A stretch of 64,000 nucleotides of DNA from Octopus vulgaris (taxonomy: Eukaryota), in assembly GCA_951406725.2 (NCBI GenBank), contig OX597830.1, forward strand, positions 17,856,001 through 17,920,000, written 5' to 3'. Under the pieces are notes generated by a model that worked only from the letters and a program-made list of their open reading frames with translations, was not told where the DNA came from and ran no database searches. Both the position numbers and the translations under genes were made by a program. Shown here in pieces: positions 41,253 to 54,970 of this stretch. Position 1 is the first letter of the stretch, and the number at the start of each line of letters is the position of its first letter.

Positions 41253-41788
41253 AATATTTTAAGCTGCCTAAATCACACAAATTGCGAAGATTAATTGAGC
41301 AACTTAATATAAATATAGCATCCTTACTCCAAACAGTCCGTGGTGGAAAGTTTGCATCTAAAAATCCTGCTAAGTACCACTCGCAAAACTCCACTCTTCA
41401 GTCTAGATCATCTTCATTGAGAGTGTGGATTATTCTCTGTGTGTAACTTAGCCAATAACATCACTTCAAAAGGTTAACATGAGGTCAGATACGAAGTGAA
41501 ATTTATAGCCGTATCAGATTTCAAAATCGTCCCTTCACTTTCCCTTTGTATCTTAAATCATAGTAGGATAATGAAATAAGCTAACCGCGCAAAAATAAAC
41601 CCATTTCTCTTCGGAATACGCTCGTGGAAAAATCTTGAATGAAGGTGCATAGCAGAATATTGCGGATCGCATACGCAACTGCACCTACTCTATAAGACAG
41701 AAACACATGTCAGTCATTTTAGCTGCTAAATTAACAGAAAATTTGAAAAAGTATTCGACTCTGTATTGTGTGTTTGTGCGTATGTGTG

Positions 41789-41874
<86 letters not shown>

Positions 41875-42806
41875 TGTTTCTTTATTAGCCACACAGGGCT
41901 GCACACAGACGGGACAGATTACAAAGTAGAGCTTTTCTTTTGGGGGGAGAGAAAAAAAAGGGTGGGTTAGGTTTTCGATAGATAGATACATACATACATA
42001 CATTCATAGTTTAACAGAATATTTAATAATAATTTAGAGTTATATCTATTTATTTGAAGGTTACTTCATAATATTTTTCTCCTTTTTTTTATTGAAAATA
42101 TTTCCAATACATGTTGCTAGTGGTAACCAAATTTAAATTTATCAAGGTTTTAAAGACCATTAACTGTTAGACCATTTCAACGGACTGTCGAGCTGAATTA
42201 TTAAATATGATAATCATACTCTTTTATAAATATAACACAATCGTACCACGTATTTACCTGTTCCTTTCTATTATAAATCGTTAGAAAATTGTACTTCAAA
42301 TACAGTCATTTTGATTGATAATGCAGATGTTTACTCCAGTGTAGGACATATTTGAATAACAGCCGGATGTAACGCTCAAGTAGTATAGCTGGGAGTTATG
42401 ATATATAAATTACACCGCTTTTTATTCTTGTTTGTATCAAACATAAATGGCGATGCATTAGAGCTTAAGAATATTATTACATCTAGTTGTGAAACGTTTA
42501 TAGCTAATGATACTCGATCAGTAATATGTAAATTTAAGCCTATTATATCAGATTGAGGTAATTTAACGATTGTTGAAATAAATACGGTATTTATCAGAGA
42601 TACATATATTACCTCAATGTATAATGTAAGCTCCCTCTATATACTTGTATATCTTCTCGCTTTCTCCTGTTCGGGAAAGATTCTTTTAGATTAGTTTCAA
42701 ATATATTTCATAAACATTTATGTTTAAAGATAGTGAGGTTTCTTTAAAAACTAATCTGTTCTTCAGATCGTTGAAAGAGAAGATACTGAGACTAGTTACT
42801 ATTAAT

Positions 42807-43104
42807 CACCGTGATCACCGTGACCGACCAGACTATCAGCTGTTGCTACACATCGCTGGTCACAAAGTACTTCGCATTGTTTTAGCCTTCAAATGACGCC
42901 ACCCCGCTGGCTAAGCGAGCAGGCCGACAGAAGAAAGAGTGAGAGAAAGCTGTGGCGAAAGAATACAGCAGGGATCGCCGCCCTCCCCCTGCCGGAGCCT
43001 CGTGGAATTTTAGGTGTTTTCCGTCAATAAACACTCACAACACCTTGTCTGGGGATCGAAACCGCGAGTCCGCTGCACTAACAACTTGGCCATTGCGCCT
43101 CCAC
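42807..43104 (-). mobile_element. SINE family C variant (C head and body, different tail)
   Basis: Head and body match 25694-26089; 11-bp TSD TTACTATTAAT. Confidence 0.88.
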
Positions 43105-43510
43105 ATTTACTATTAATACTCGTTTCTAAATTTGGCACAAGGCCAGCAATTTTGAGAAGTCGCGGTGGGAGGGAACATCGATTACATCAACCGGAGTACT
43201 CAACATTTTTTCTTTGTGGTTAGATCGTAGGTGATCTAGCATATTGGATGTTCACTTAGTGATCATCCCTTATTATACGCATGTATATATATATGCGTGC
43301 GACGGTATCTGCAGTGTTTGTGTCAGCCAAATTCTACTCACAAAGCAATAGTTATGCCGTGTCCGAGGCTGTAGAACACATTTGCTCAAGATGCCGCGAA
43401 GTGGCATCAAACTAGGAGTCGTGTGGTTGCAAAGCGAAATTTTTAACTATATAACCATGCCTGCAACCGTACGACAGGCACATCTTAGAATGTGTAAGAG
43501 AAACAGAAAG

Positions 43511-43561
<51 letters not shown>

Positions 43562-43570
43562 TGAGAGAAG

Positions 43571-43622
<52 letters not shown>

Positions 43623-43719
43623 TGTGTGCGTGTGTGTGTGTGTGTCCAGGCGTGAAATCAGCATTGTTCCAAATGTGCTAGCCAACCACAACAGAAAAAG
43701 AATGAAAGAAAAACAAAAC

Positions 43720-44075
43720 GGAGTGGCTGTGTGTTAAGTAGCTTGCTTCCCAACCACATGGTTTAGTCCCACTGTGTGGCACCTTGGGTAAGTGTCTTCT
43801 ACTATAGCGTCGGGCCGACCAAAGCCTTGTGAGTGGATTTGGTAGACGGAAACTGAAAGAATCCCGTCGTATGTGTGTGTGTGTGTCCCACAATCACAAT
43901 CGCTTTATAACCGATGCTGGTGTGTTTACGTCCCCGTAACTTAACGGTTCGGCAAAAGAGACCGATGGAATGAGTATTAGGCTTACAAAGAATAAGTCCT
44001 GGGGTGTTGCGGCATGGCCGCATTCAAATGACTGAAACAAATAAAAGAATAAAAGAATAAAAGAATAAAAGAATA
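43720..44075 (+). mobile_element. SINE family A
   Basis: Family A match with (ATAAAAGA)n tail. Confidence 0.88.
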
Positions 44076-45289
44076 AGACAAAGCAAACCAATGTAAGGAA
44101 TGTAAAAAAAAATGAAACAAAATAAAGAAAAGATGAAGTCACGAAGGAAGGAAGGAAGGAAGGAAGGAAAGAAGGAAGGAATGAAAAAGAAAAGGAAAAT
44201 TGAGCATGCAAAGTACAAGACAACAACAAGCATTGCATGAAAGAAGAAACAATATTAAATCTGACACTTTCTTTATTGGAACATTCTGATGAATATTTGA
44301 TATTTGTGTGTGTTTGGATAATGGGAGTAAATAGATTAATCGTGTGATCGTTTGGCAGCCTGTGAAAATAGTTCGAGGGGCGCTATGATACAATTTGTTC
44401 CGCTAGAAGTAATTAGTTATTTTCGCTTTGTCTTTGTTTTTGTTTAGTTTTGTTGCCGTTGTTGTGGATGATGATGATGATGATGATGATGACAATAGTT
44501 CGTGTCGGTTTCGTTTGGGAAACTTTAATACATAGATAGATTAATTGCGTAGCTTTAAGTCTTGTGTTCAAATACCGTTAAGATCTATTTCGCTTCCCAA
44601 TCCTCCGGGATTGATAAAATGACACACCATTCAAATCTTAAGATTTTTAACCTGTAGCAGCTACAAGACTCATGGCAGAGCGTCTGTGTTGTCATTCGGC
44701 CTGCTAAACATGACGGCCAAATCTCCCTCAAAAGATATGCCATCGTTTTAAATATGGTAGAGACAAATTAGGTAATTTTCAGACCCTAAAAACACGGTAG
44801 TGTCCCGGCTGGAATGCCTTTCATGACACGCCTCAACTGTTCGATGAGGTTAAACCTCCGTTAAACGACAATGGCGCCGCCGCCGACGACGACGACGAAG
44901 ACGACCAGGGCAACTAGCAGTAAATACATAGCCTATAAATATACAATTTTGTAATGCATTTAGTGTTCGGTGATCCTGTCGTGCTGGTAACTCATTGTGT
45001 GGACCATTCCACGTTTACAGACAGGATCTTACCTTATAAACCGTTAACTCATTTCGCCACGTTCAAAGAGATTCTCGCCACTCTGACTGATATATGAAGT
45101 GGCTATGTGCTAACATATTCTCTTCTCTGCTGATGATCGTGAGCACCGCGTGAAACATTTATTAACATATATTGTTTCTCCATACATAATTATTCGTATA
45201 TTCAAATAGTTCCATTATTTACAATACTTTTTTGTATCCATTCATATATAAATATATATACACGTGCGTGCACACTCGCATGTATGCTT

Positions 45290-45304
45290 CTATCTATGAA
45301 TGTT

Positions 45305-45351
<47 letters not shown>

Positions 45352-46367
45352 ACATATATATATATGTAATTATGCAGAGCTAGCACTTATTGAATAATCA
45401 GAAACTTGTTCTAACTATTGTCTACATCACAGTACAGCGAAGCTAATATTGTAGGTGTACCTCATTCAGCTTTGTTTGCGGATATATGTAGATGTTTGTA
45501 GGTATATCACACATACACACAGACACACATACACGCACATACACAGGTAAATAGATAGGTAGATAGAGAGAGAGAGAGGGTGGGGGAGAGAAAGAGATAA
45601 GATGGATAGATAGGTAGATTAATATACATACTTACATACTTACATATCTATATACAAACATGAATGTATTTGTGTGTGTATATATACATATATATATATA
45701 TACTCTTTTACTCTTTACTCTTTTACTTGTTTCATTCATTTGACTGCGGCCATGCTGGAGCACCACCTTTAGTCGAGCAAATCGACCCCGGGACTTATTC
45801 TTTGTAATCCCAGTACTTATTCTATCGGTCTCTTTTTGCCGAACCGCTAAGAGACGGGGACGTAAACACACCAGCATCGGTTGTCAAGCAATGCTAGGGG
45901 GACAAACACAGACACACAAACACGCACACATATATATATATATATACATATATACGACAGGCTTCTTTTCAGTTTCCGTCTACCAAATCCACTCACAAGG
46001 CATTGGTCGGCCCGGGGCTGTAGCAGAAGACACTTGCCCAAGATGCCACGCAGTGGGACTGAACCCGGAACCATGTGGTTGGTTAGCAAGCTACTTACCA
46101 CACAGCCACTCCTGCGCCTATCTATGAATGTTTATACACACACACACACACACGCACACGTACATATATATATATGTAATTATGCAGAGCTAGCACTTAT
46201 TGAATAATCAGAAACTTGTTCTAACTATTGTCTACATCACAGTACAGCGAAGCTAATATTGTAGGTGTACCTCATTCAGCTTTGTTTGCGGATATATGTA
46301 GATGTTTGTAGGTATATCACAGATACACACATACACACATACACGCACATACACAGGTAAATAGATA
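45290..46367 (+). repeat. About 260-bp direct repeat around the SINE
   Basis: 45290-45557 nearly identical to 46118-46367. Confidence 0.9.
45702..46119 (-). mobile_element. SINE family A, full length
   Basis: Full-length family A match. Confidence 0.92.
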
Positions 46368-46384
46368 TATATATATATACATAC

Positions 46385-46539
<155 letters not shown>

Positions 46540-46998
46540 AGAAATATACTAAATATACTATACCTTTGCTGTATCTAGTAGCGCTAATTACTGATGCATG
46601 TAATTACGAGAAGTGAAAATATGCGGAAAAAAATATTAAATTAATAAATAAACAAACAAACAAACAAACAAACAAATAAACACAGATTGATATTCATTAA
46701 ATACTAACTTCAAGAAAAACAGTGCAAAAGTAATTGAGAAGAGTTATGATACAATTTGTGAGAACGGTGTAATTAGGATTATTAATAACAATAAACGATA
46801 GACAGGTAGAGAAGCCAGGGATGGGGATGGTAGCGATGGTGGTGGTGGTGGTGGTGGTGGTGGTGGTGGTGGTGTTGGTGGTGGTAGGAACATGCAGTTG
46901 TATGAAATAATTCATAGGAGGTGAGTAGCTGAGACATTAATGACTTCTCATTACAGTTAATTACTTTCGGGGATGGCCAATAGGTGTCACTAAGCAAG

Positions 46999-47072
<74 letters not shown>

Positions 47073-47132
47073 TTACTACCACTACTGCTACCACTACTGC
47101 TCCTCCTCCTTCTCCTACTACTACTACTATTA

Positions 47133-47205
<73 letters not shown>

Positions 47206-47511
47206 AACCACCATAACCACATCCACAACCACACAACAACCACATCCACAACCACCACCACTACTACTTCTGTTACTACTATTACTACCACCGCCACAAC
47301 CACCATAACCACATCCACAACCACCACCACCACCACACCACCACTACTACTCCTACTACTACTACTAACACCACCACAACCACCACAACCACATCCACAA
47401 CCACCACCACAACCACCACAACCACATCCACCAGCACCAGCACCACCACCACCACTACTACTACTGCTGCTACTACTACTACTAGCACCACCACAACCAC
47501 CATAACCACCA
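46999..47511. repeat. (CTA)n/(CCA)n compound microsatellite
   Basis: Trinucleotide runs. Confidence 0.95.
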
Positions 47512-47512
47512 A

Positions 47513-47803
47513 GTCGTATATATGTATATATATGTATGTATGTATGTATGCATGTATGTATGTATGTATGTGTGTATGTGTATATTTGTGTGTCTGTGTT
47601 TGTCCCCCCAACATCGCTTGGCAACCAATGCTGGTGTGTTTACGTCCCCGTAACTTAGCGGTTCGGCAAAAGAGACTGATAGAATAAGTACTAGGCTTAC
47701 AAAGAATAAGTCCTGGGGTCGATTTACTCGACAAAAAAGGCGGTGCTCCAGCATGGCCACAGTCAAATGACTGAAACAAGTAAAAGAGTAAAAGAGTAAA
47801 GAG
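47513..47803 (+). mobile_element. SINE family A, 3' portion
   Basis: Matches family A from GTCGTATAT to the tail. Confidence 0.88.
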
Positions 47804-47804
47804 T

Positions 47805-48117
47805 ATGGTATCGCTCCGCACCCGCGCTGTTTCTCAGATTTAGCACCGACGGGCTTCCATCTCTTCCCTAAGATGAAAATGCAGTTCAAAGATCGCCGTT
47901 TTAACACCGTTGTCGAGATCAAGAACGGATCGCAAAAGGTCCTCGACTCGCTTACGGAAAACAACTTCCAGGCCGGATTCCAAAATTGACAGGAACGCTG
48001 AGACCGGTGTAATGTTGTGCAAGGTAACTATTTCGAAGGGAATTAAGTTAAGACTCAGGTAAATAGGGTATATTTTATTAAACATAACTAGTCCGGGAAC
48101 ATTATGATACCAACTTG
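47805..48117 (+). mobile_element. Mariner transposon 3' fragment
   Basis: HPRCFSDLAPTGFHLFPKMKMQFKDRRF..FQN*QER*DRC..QGNYFEG, then a TIR-like end before TA. Confidence 0.85.
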
Positions 48118-48589
48118 TAAATTTGTTAGGTCAGAGTAGACCAGCAACTAAGCAACATAACAACCACCACCACCACCGTCACAATCATGGTCACAGCTAT
48201 GAACGATGTGAGGGTCTCATGTTGATACTCAATCTGCTAGAAATAGCAGCTAATTCTCCTTCAAATGACACTCTGCTGTCTTAGAAAAGGACAGGTTGTA
48301 TAATAGGGTCCCTGATTTCTAGTACATTAAGAAAGGCCGCGGTGGTCACTTCTTGATCAAATGCCTGCTCGTGCAGGATCGACCTGGGGCTAAAAAACAA
48401 ACCAAAATTGCTTCCATGGTTTATAGCATTTTCATTTCCACTTCATCCACAGCTATCAGATGAGGAAGTATGTTTGAATGTTGGTTGCGTAACAATTTAT
48501 ATCGGATTGATTGCAAATTGAATAGACACCTAGTTCTAATGCTTCCGTAGTATGCTTCATCTTGGCTTTACTATTAACAAACGTATTAA

Positions 48590-48799
48590 CTCTTTAGCAT
48601 TTAAACCAGCCAAAATATTCTAAGTGTCTTATGTTCAAACTGGCCTAATCAGGCCTCTCTCACTTTCCTTACAAAGTCATTCTAAAAACAAACAATCACA
48701 TCATCGAAATCTCATAGCTATCAGGTAATGCGTGATTACTTCAAAACAATGAGAATAAATAAACATTACATTTGACAGAGTACTCTGAATGCTAAAGAG
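48590..48799. mobile_element. piggyBac-type MITE
   Basis: TTAA-CTCTTTAGCATT ... AATGCTAAAGAG-TTAC. Confidence 0.8.
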
Positions 48800-49015
48800 T
48801 TACTCATCAAACCTACAGATATATTTTCAAATTCTGATGGTAGTTCGAAACTAGTGGTTGTTGACCCAGTAGCAGCTTCGTTGTGGTTTAATAGGCCTTG
48901 TAACTTTGAGCTAATCGTTCTAGAAGATACATCATATTTATCTTGGTTGTGTCATTCAAGAGTCAAAAAGTTGACTATTGTTTGTATTTAATTTAGCATT
49001 GTTCTGCTTTATTTA

Positions 49016-49145
49016 TCTTTATATATATAAGAGAGGTTGTGTGTCTGTCTCCTACGATTTAGATTCCTAACTACTCCCACATTTTGCGGTGCAGTTTAAC
49101 CAAAACCGGGTATCTTATAGTCGTGATTCATATCGAGCCCTTCTG
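49016..49145 (+). mobile_element. Helitron 5' fragment between 184-bp direct repeats
   Basis: A|TC start; homologous to about 3660-3793; repeats at 48832-49015 and 49141-49324. Confidence 0.88.
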
Positions 49146-49654
49146 ATGGTAGTTCGAAACTAGTGGTTGATGACCCAGTAGCAGCTTCGTTGTGGTTTTA
49201 TAGGCCTTGTAACTTTGAGCTAATTGTTCTAGAAGATGCATCATATTTATCTTGGTTGTGTCATTCAAGAGTCAAAAAGTTGACTATTGTTTGTATTTAA
49301 TTTAGCATTGTTATGCTTTATTTATTACAAATAAAAGGTTCAAAATAAAATCTCGAAGTTATGATAATTGTAACGCCATATCTATATGAATATTTATCAG
49401 CATGTATTGCCGATTGCTTGGGAACAAACATTAGCTGGTAAATTAAATTCAGTGTACTTTTAATGAGATGATTCAAACTTTTTCGATTCAAACTTTTTCT
49501 TATTTAAATCCTCCATCTTGAAGCAATGTTCACTGATATGCAAGGAGAAAAGCTTCTTTTTTCATTTCAACTGATAAAAAAACTGCATAATGTTAGATTA
49601 GTTTCGATGATAACAGTTGGATAACTCAAAGAAATTACCTTTATTTAGTAGATA

Positions 49655-50250
49655 GAGTTTAGCTGGGTCTTAACAACAGCTGCTCTACTTTCAACATTGC
49701 ATGGAGTTTATTGTGAAGGGAATCAATGACATAATTACCTATCAGGATGATATACTAATCTTTGCAGCCTGGAATTCTATTCTTGTCAGAGTGAAAGGAG
49801 TCAATATATATATAAAGACATTCAAACAAATGTTTTAATAATGTATCCAACATAGATTTCCGAAAAATAGATTTTTCAAATCAAGGGATCAAACTATGAC
49901 AAAAACTAATAAAGAAAATCCAAAGGAAATTTTTTTTAAAAAGTATTCAGAATCGATAAACTATTGTCACCGGTTTATAGCAGAATCTGAAAATAGTAGT
50001 CGAGTCTCTCTTCACTCTCGGAGATCGCATCAAGAACAAGTCATCTTATACAATACCCTAATCCCACATTCTTTGCCGGGAGTAAAACAACTCTAGCTAT
50101 CGATGTTTCTAAATTTGCTGTAGCAGAAATATCAAGGTCTTAAAATGGTAAATCCATAGCATATGTTCGTCATACACCTACTGATGAACCATGAAGCACT
50201 GTTATAACTTGCAAAAAGAAACTTTATCACTAAGAAATTTCCGTATCGAG
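49655..50250 (+). mobile_element. Highly decayed Ty3/gypsy pol relic (RT / RNase H)
   Basis: LGLNNSCSTF/QHCMEFIVKGINDIITYQDDILIFA, INYCHRFI, TTLAIDVSKFAV, SIAYVRHT. Confidence 0.65.
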
Positions 50251-50443
50251 TACAGTTCAAAATAAAATTTGTTCCTCGTTATTAGTTCCAGTTTACGTAA
50301 GAAGTTAATGTGGACATAGTAATCTTGAAGTCATGTTAATTATAACGCCATGCCTGTAAGAATTTTGTCAGCATGTGTCGCCAATAGTTTGGGAACAAAA
50401 GAAAGCTGTAAAGTTAAATTCAGTGGTTGTATTATTCAGGTTA

Positions 50444-50973
50444 AAAGGCGGCGAGCTGGCAGAAACTTTTGCACGCCGGGCGAAATACGTAGCCGTATTT
50501 CGTCTGCCGTTACGCTCTGAGTTCAAATTCTGCCGAGGTCGACTTTGCCTTTCATCCTTTCATCCAGTTACACACTGGGGTCGATATAATGGACTTAATC
50601 CGTTTGTCCTCTCTGTGTTTACCCTCTTGTGGGTAGTAAAGAAATAAAAATAGGTATTTCGTCTGCCGCTACGTTCTGAGTTCAAATTCCGCCGAGGTCG
50701 ACTTTGCCTTTCATCCTTTCGGGATCGATTAAATAAGTACCAGTTACGCACTGGGGTCGATATAATCGACTTAATCCGTTTTGTCTGTGCTTGTTTGTCC
50801 TTTCTGTGTTTAGCCCCTTGTGGGTAGTAAAGAAATAAGGTATTTCGTCTGCCGCTACGTTCTGAGTTCAAATTCCGCCGAGGTCGACTTTGCCTTTCAT
50901 CCTTTCGGGGTCGATTTGTCTGTGCTTGTTTGTCCCCTCTGTGTTTAGCCCCTTGTGGGTAGTAAAGAAATTG
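50444..50973 (+). mobile_element. SINE family B stack (one head plus three bodies)
   Basis: 12-bp TSD GTATTATTCAGG at 50429-50440 and 50974-50985. Confidence 0.9.
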
Positions 50974-51428
50974 GTATTATTCAGGATACACTCAGTTGAT
51001 TACTGTTTGTATTTATTTTAGCTTACTTAGGCTTTTAGTATTACTTTTTCTATTAATCACATAGTTTTCTGTGGCATTTTGTATAAGATAAATATGTTGT
51101 TTACTAAATGTTTTCCTAATGTTTTTCCCATATGCATATAAACACACATAACTGGTTGGTTGACAGATCTGATAGAAGAACTTCTTGCCAACAGATTTGC
51201 GTTAACTTGCTTTTAAAACAAAATTACAGAATTAATATTTTGATTTAAGAAAATGATTTTTTTATTTTATATATTGTGACTGTATCGAGAAATTTTTCCT
51301 AAAATTATATATACATATACATACATACATGTCTGGCCGTATATCAATATTCTGTCTTTCTGTCTGTCTGTCTTTGTCTCTATCTCTGTCTCTCTGTCTC
51401 TCTTTCTCTCTCTCTGTACACACATACA

Positions 51429-51477
<49 letters not shown>

Positions 51478-51810
51478 ACAAAATAATAAATAAAACATAT
51501 GCATATATGCATACATATATGTACGTACCTACATCTATATGTAGATATACATGCATATATGGGTACAGGACACAAAAAAAAAAAACGTCGAACACAATGA
51601 GAAACGAAAACATAAAAACAGAACCATGGAAACGGACATTTTGTTAAACAACGAAAAAACAGGGTACGAGACATACAACACAAGGAAAATTCCCCTTCTT
51701 CAGCCGCCTCCGTTTCGTCTACTCCAGAGAGAGAGAGTGAGAGAGAAAGAAGGAGAGAGAGAGAGAGAGACAGTCAGATAGAGAATGCAGGCAGACAGAT
51801 AGACAGACAA

Positions 51811-51895
<85 letters not shown>

Positions 51896-52111
51896 CAAGC
51901 GCAATCCTTGATGCACACTGTATCCTACTGATATTGAGAATGACATTAAAAGTACAAGTGTATGTGGAATACTCAGTCACTTGAAGAGTAATTCAATGAG
52001 CGTTTCAGTGGAACAACTAGAAATCTTGATTTATTTACTTTTAATTTTTGAGTTGTGTCTGCATATGTGAATATATGTGTACACATGCATACCTATCTAT
52101 CTATCTATCTA

Positions 52112-52229
<118 letters not shown>

Positions 52230-52233
52230 CATA

Positions 52234-52274
<41 letters not shown>

Positions 52275-52310
52275 GCATATATACATTCGTATATGTATAT
52301 ATATACATTC

Positions 52311-52365
<55 letters not shown>

Positions 52366-52507
52366 TACATACGCTAGTATGTATACATATATGTACATAC
52401 ATTTTCATACATTTTCATTCGTACTTATACGCATATATAATATTCATACGTATATGCACACATACATACATACATACATACATACATACATACATACATA
52501 CATACAT

Positions 52508-52546
<39 letters not shown>

Positions 52547-54399
52547 TGCATATCTTTGACTTCCATTCTTAGTAGAAGTGACAATTTCTGTATTATATTC
52601 CAGCTCTGATCATTTATTAATACCCAGTTCACATTTTCTCAAACTCAATTGTCACTCTTCCCATTCTGGAATTCAATAAGCAATTTCTTTAAGTATGCAA
52701 CATCAAAAGCAAATTCACAATAATCATCATCATCATCATCACCATCAACAACAACATCAACATCATCATCATCATCATCGTCGTCTTTGTTGTCGTCATC
52801 ATCTTTCATGTCTTTGCAACCACCAGTAACACCATCTCTGCTAACATCACCACCAGTAATACCATGACTACCACTAGCACCGCCACCATCACTTACACCA
52901 ACCACCAACAACAGAGGCATCAGCTTGTTTTGTTTTTTTTCATATATTGATTATCAACTTCGATTAGTAGAACTGATAAAACAGTAGACCAAATATATTG
53001 CAATGTTTAGTTACCTAACTTTACGTTTTACGTTCGAATCCCGCTGAATCAACATTTGGAATTGAAATGGCTTGTCAACAAGCATGACACTGTTGTGTAT
53101 CAGAATATGAGACGTCAACCTCACGGCTGTTTGTCCTCCTCTCTATCGACTCCTCCGCTGCTTCCATCCCATGCGATATCACTACAGTGAAACGAAGAGC
53201 AAATGTCGAAATATCAGATTCAACACACTGCACGGTAAAAGAAAACATCGAACAGCTCTTTATAAATCGTTGACTGAAAGAGTCTTCACCATGTAGCGAA
53301 ATAGTTCTGAAACGGTGCCACCAAGATGATTGCCATCCATCTTCTCCGTCCGCTATTCCTCGGAAGATCGAGAGGGTAGCGTCCACGGGCACCTCTTCTG
53401 TAAAGTCTTGTCAGATTGAGAACTGAAATGTCTCAGCTCTTACGAGTAATGAGCAGACACTAATGGAGGAGACCAATCGCAATCATCTACATATAGTTAA
53501 TGTCTCCTCTACAAGGTTCCCTGATTCTTATACCGTAGATGTGGATGGAGGGTGGAATCTCCCCTATTCAAGTGTGATGTCATTTAGGTCTGCACAGTGG
53601 GATGTAATGATACTTACAAGCCTCGTGCTGTTAGATTGTGTTACGGGGTGGATCCCACTAATGGGAAAGCATGCCTCAAGTCAACAAATTTTTAAAGAAT
53701 AAAATTTAGAGTTTTGGAAAATCCTTATTGTCTCAGCACACTCGGACAATAGCATGGATTTCCCAAAGTCACCAGTGTACTCCCTCACTATAAAGAAGTG
53801 AAGTGATTCTGAAGTCGTATATCACGAAGGGTATTTATATTCACCATAGGCACTTCAAAATGAAATAAGATTTTTACAAATCTGTACCCCTGCCGGTGCC
53901 CAGCATGGCCACAGCCTTAGGGCTGAAACGAGTAAAAGAATGAAAGAATAAAGTTTTAGCACACTCGCCCATAAATCTCCTCTTTGAAAGAGCCATCTAT
54001 TTGTACAGTAGGATAGATGTCTCATCCAAAGTTCAAACGGAACGTTACATGGAGTTTTTAGGAGCGCCACGGTTTTTAAAAATATAATGTAACACTTTCA
54101 AAATATCCGTGCTTATGTTTTAGTACACTTATAGAACTTACCGAAATATTTATCTTTATGTTGAATAAATCTCCATGCAACAATGCACTTAGATATACAT
54201 GGATCATTTAAATGTACCGCAGATTTCTAGAAATATTTATTATTTCTGAAATTCTTTAGAAATTCTTAAGCGCTTTGTAAAACGTGTTATTCATATAATT
54301 TTTTCGTATACTATTACGATTAATAAAACAAGATGTTTTAATATATATTTTTAATACAATCTAACCAAGCTAATATATGAAAAACAAAGCAGTAATTTT

Positions 54400-54487
54400 G
54401 AAAGAAGTTTCTATAAAACTAGTTTTTAAACATTGAACAGAATAGTAATTAAAGGGGTCAAAAGTTAAGAAAGGGTTGAGAACCCCT
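54400..54487. mobile_element. hAT-like terminus
   Basis: AAGGGTTGAGAACCCCTG end motif; partner not identified. Confidence 0.45.
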
Positions 54488-54548
54488 GCTCTAAACCATT
54501 CGTTTTAATTTTCATTTAGAGAGCCAATAATATTTTATTATTACTATT

Positions 54549-54913
54549 TAACATTCTAAATTCAAATTCCGACGAGGTCGACTTTGCCTTTCATCCTTTC
54601 GGAGTTGATAAAATAAGTACCAGCTGAGTACTGGGGTCGATGTAATCAACCAGACCCCCTCCTCCGAAATTTCAGGCCTTGTGCCTACACTAGAAAGGAT
54701 TGTGAGCTGGAAGAATCGTTAGAATGCCGGGCAAAATGCTAAGCAGTATTTCGTCTGTCTTCACGTTCAGAGTTCTAATTCCGCCGAGGACTTTGCCTTT
54801 CATCCTTTTGCGGGTAAAAAAAATAATAAGTACCAGTTGAGCATTGGGGTCGATGTAATCGACTAACCCACTTCTCCGAAATTGCTGACCTTGTGCCAAA
54901 ATTTGAAAACCAT

Positions 54914-54970
<57 letters not shown>

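Noticed and set aside
42645-42790. Imperfect inverted repeat with CUGAAGA and GAAA on the minus strand
   Set aside because: Too degenerate to assign stems I and III; could be an old member of the hammerhead guild but is not supportable
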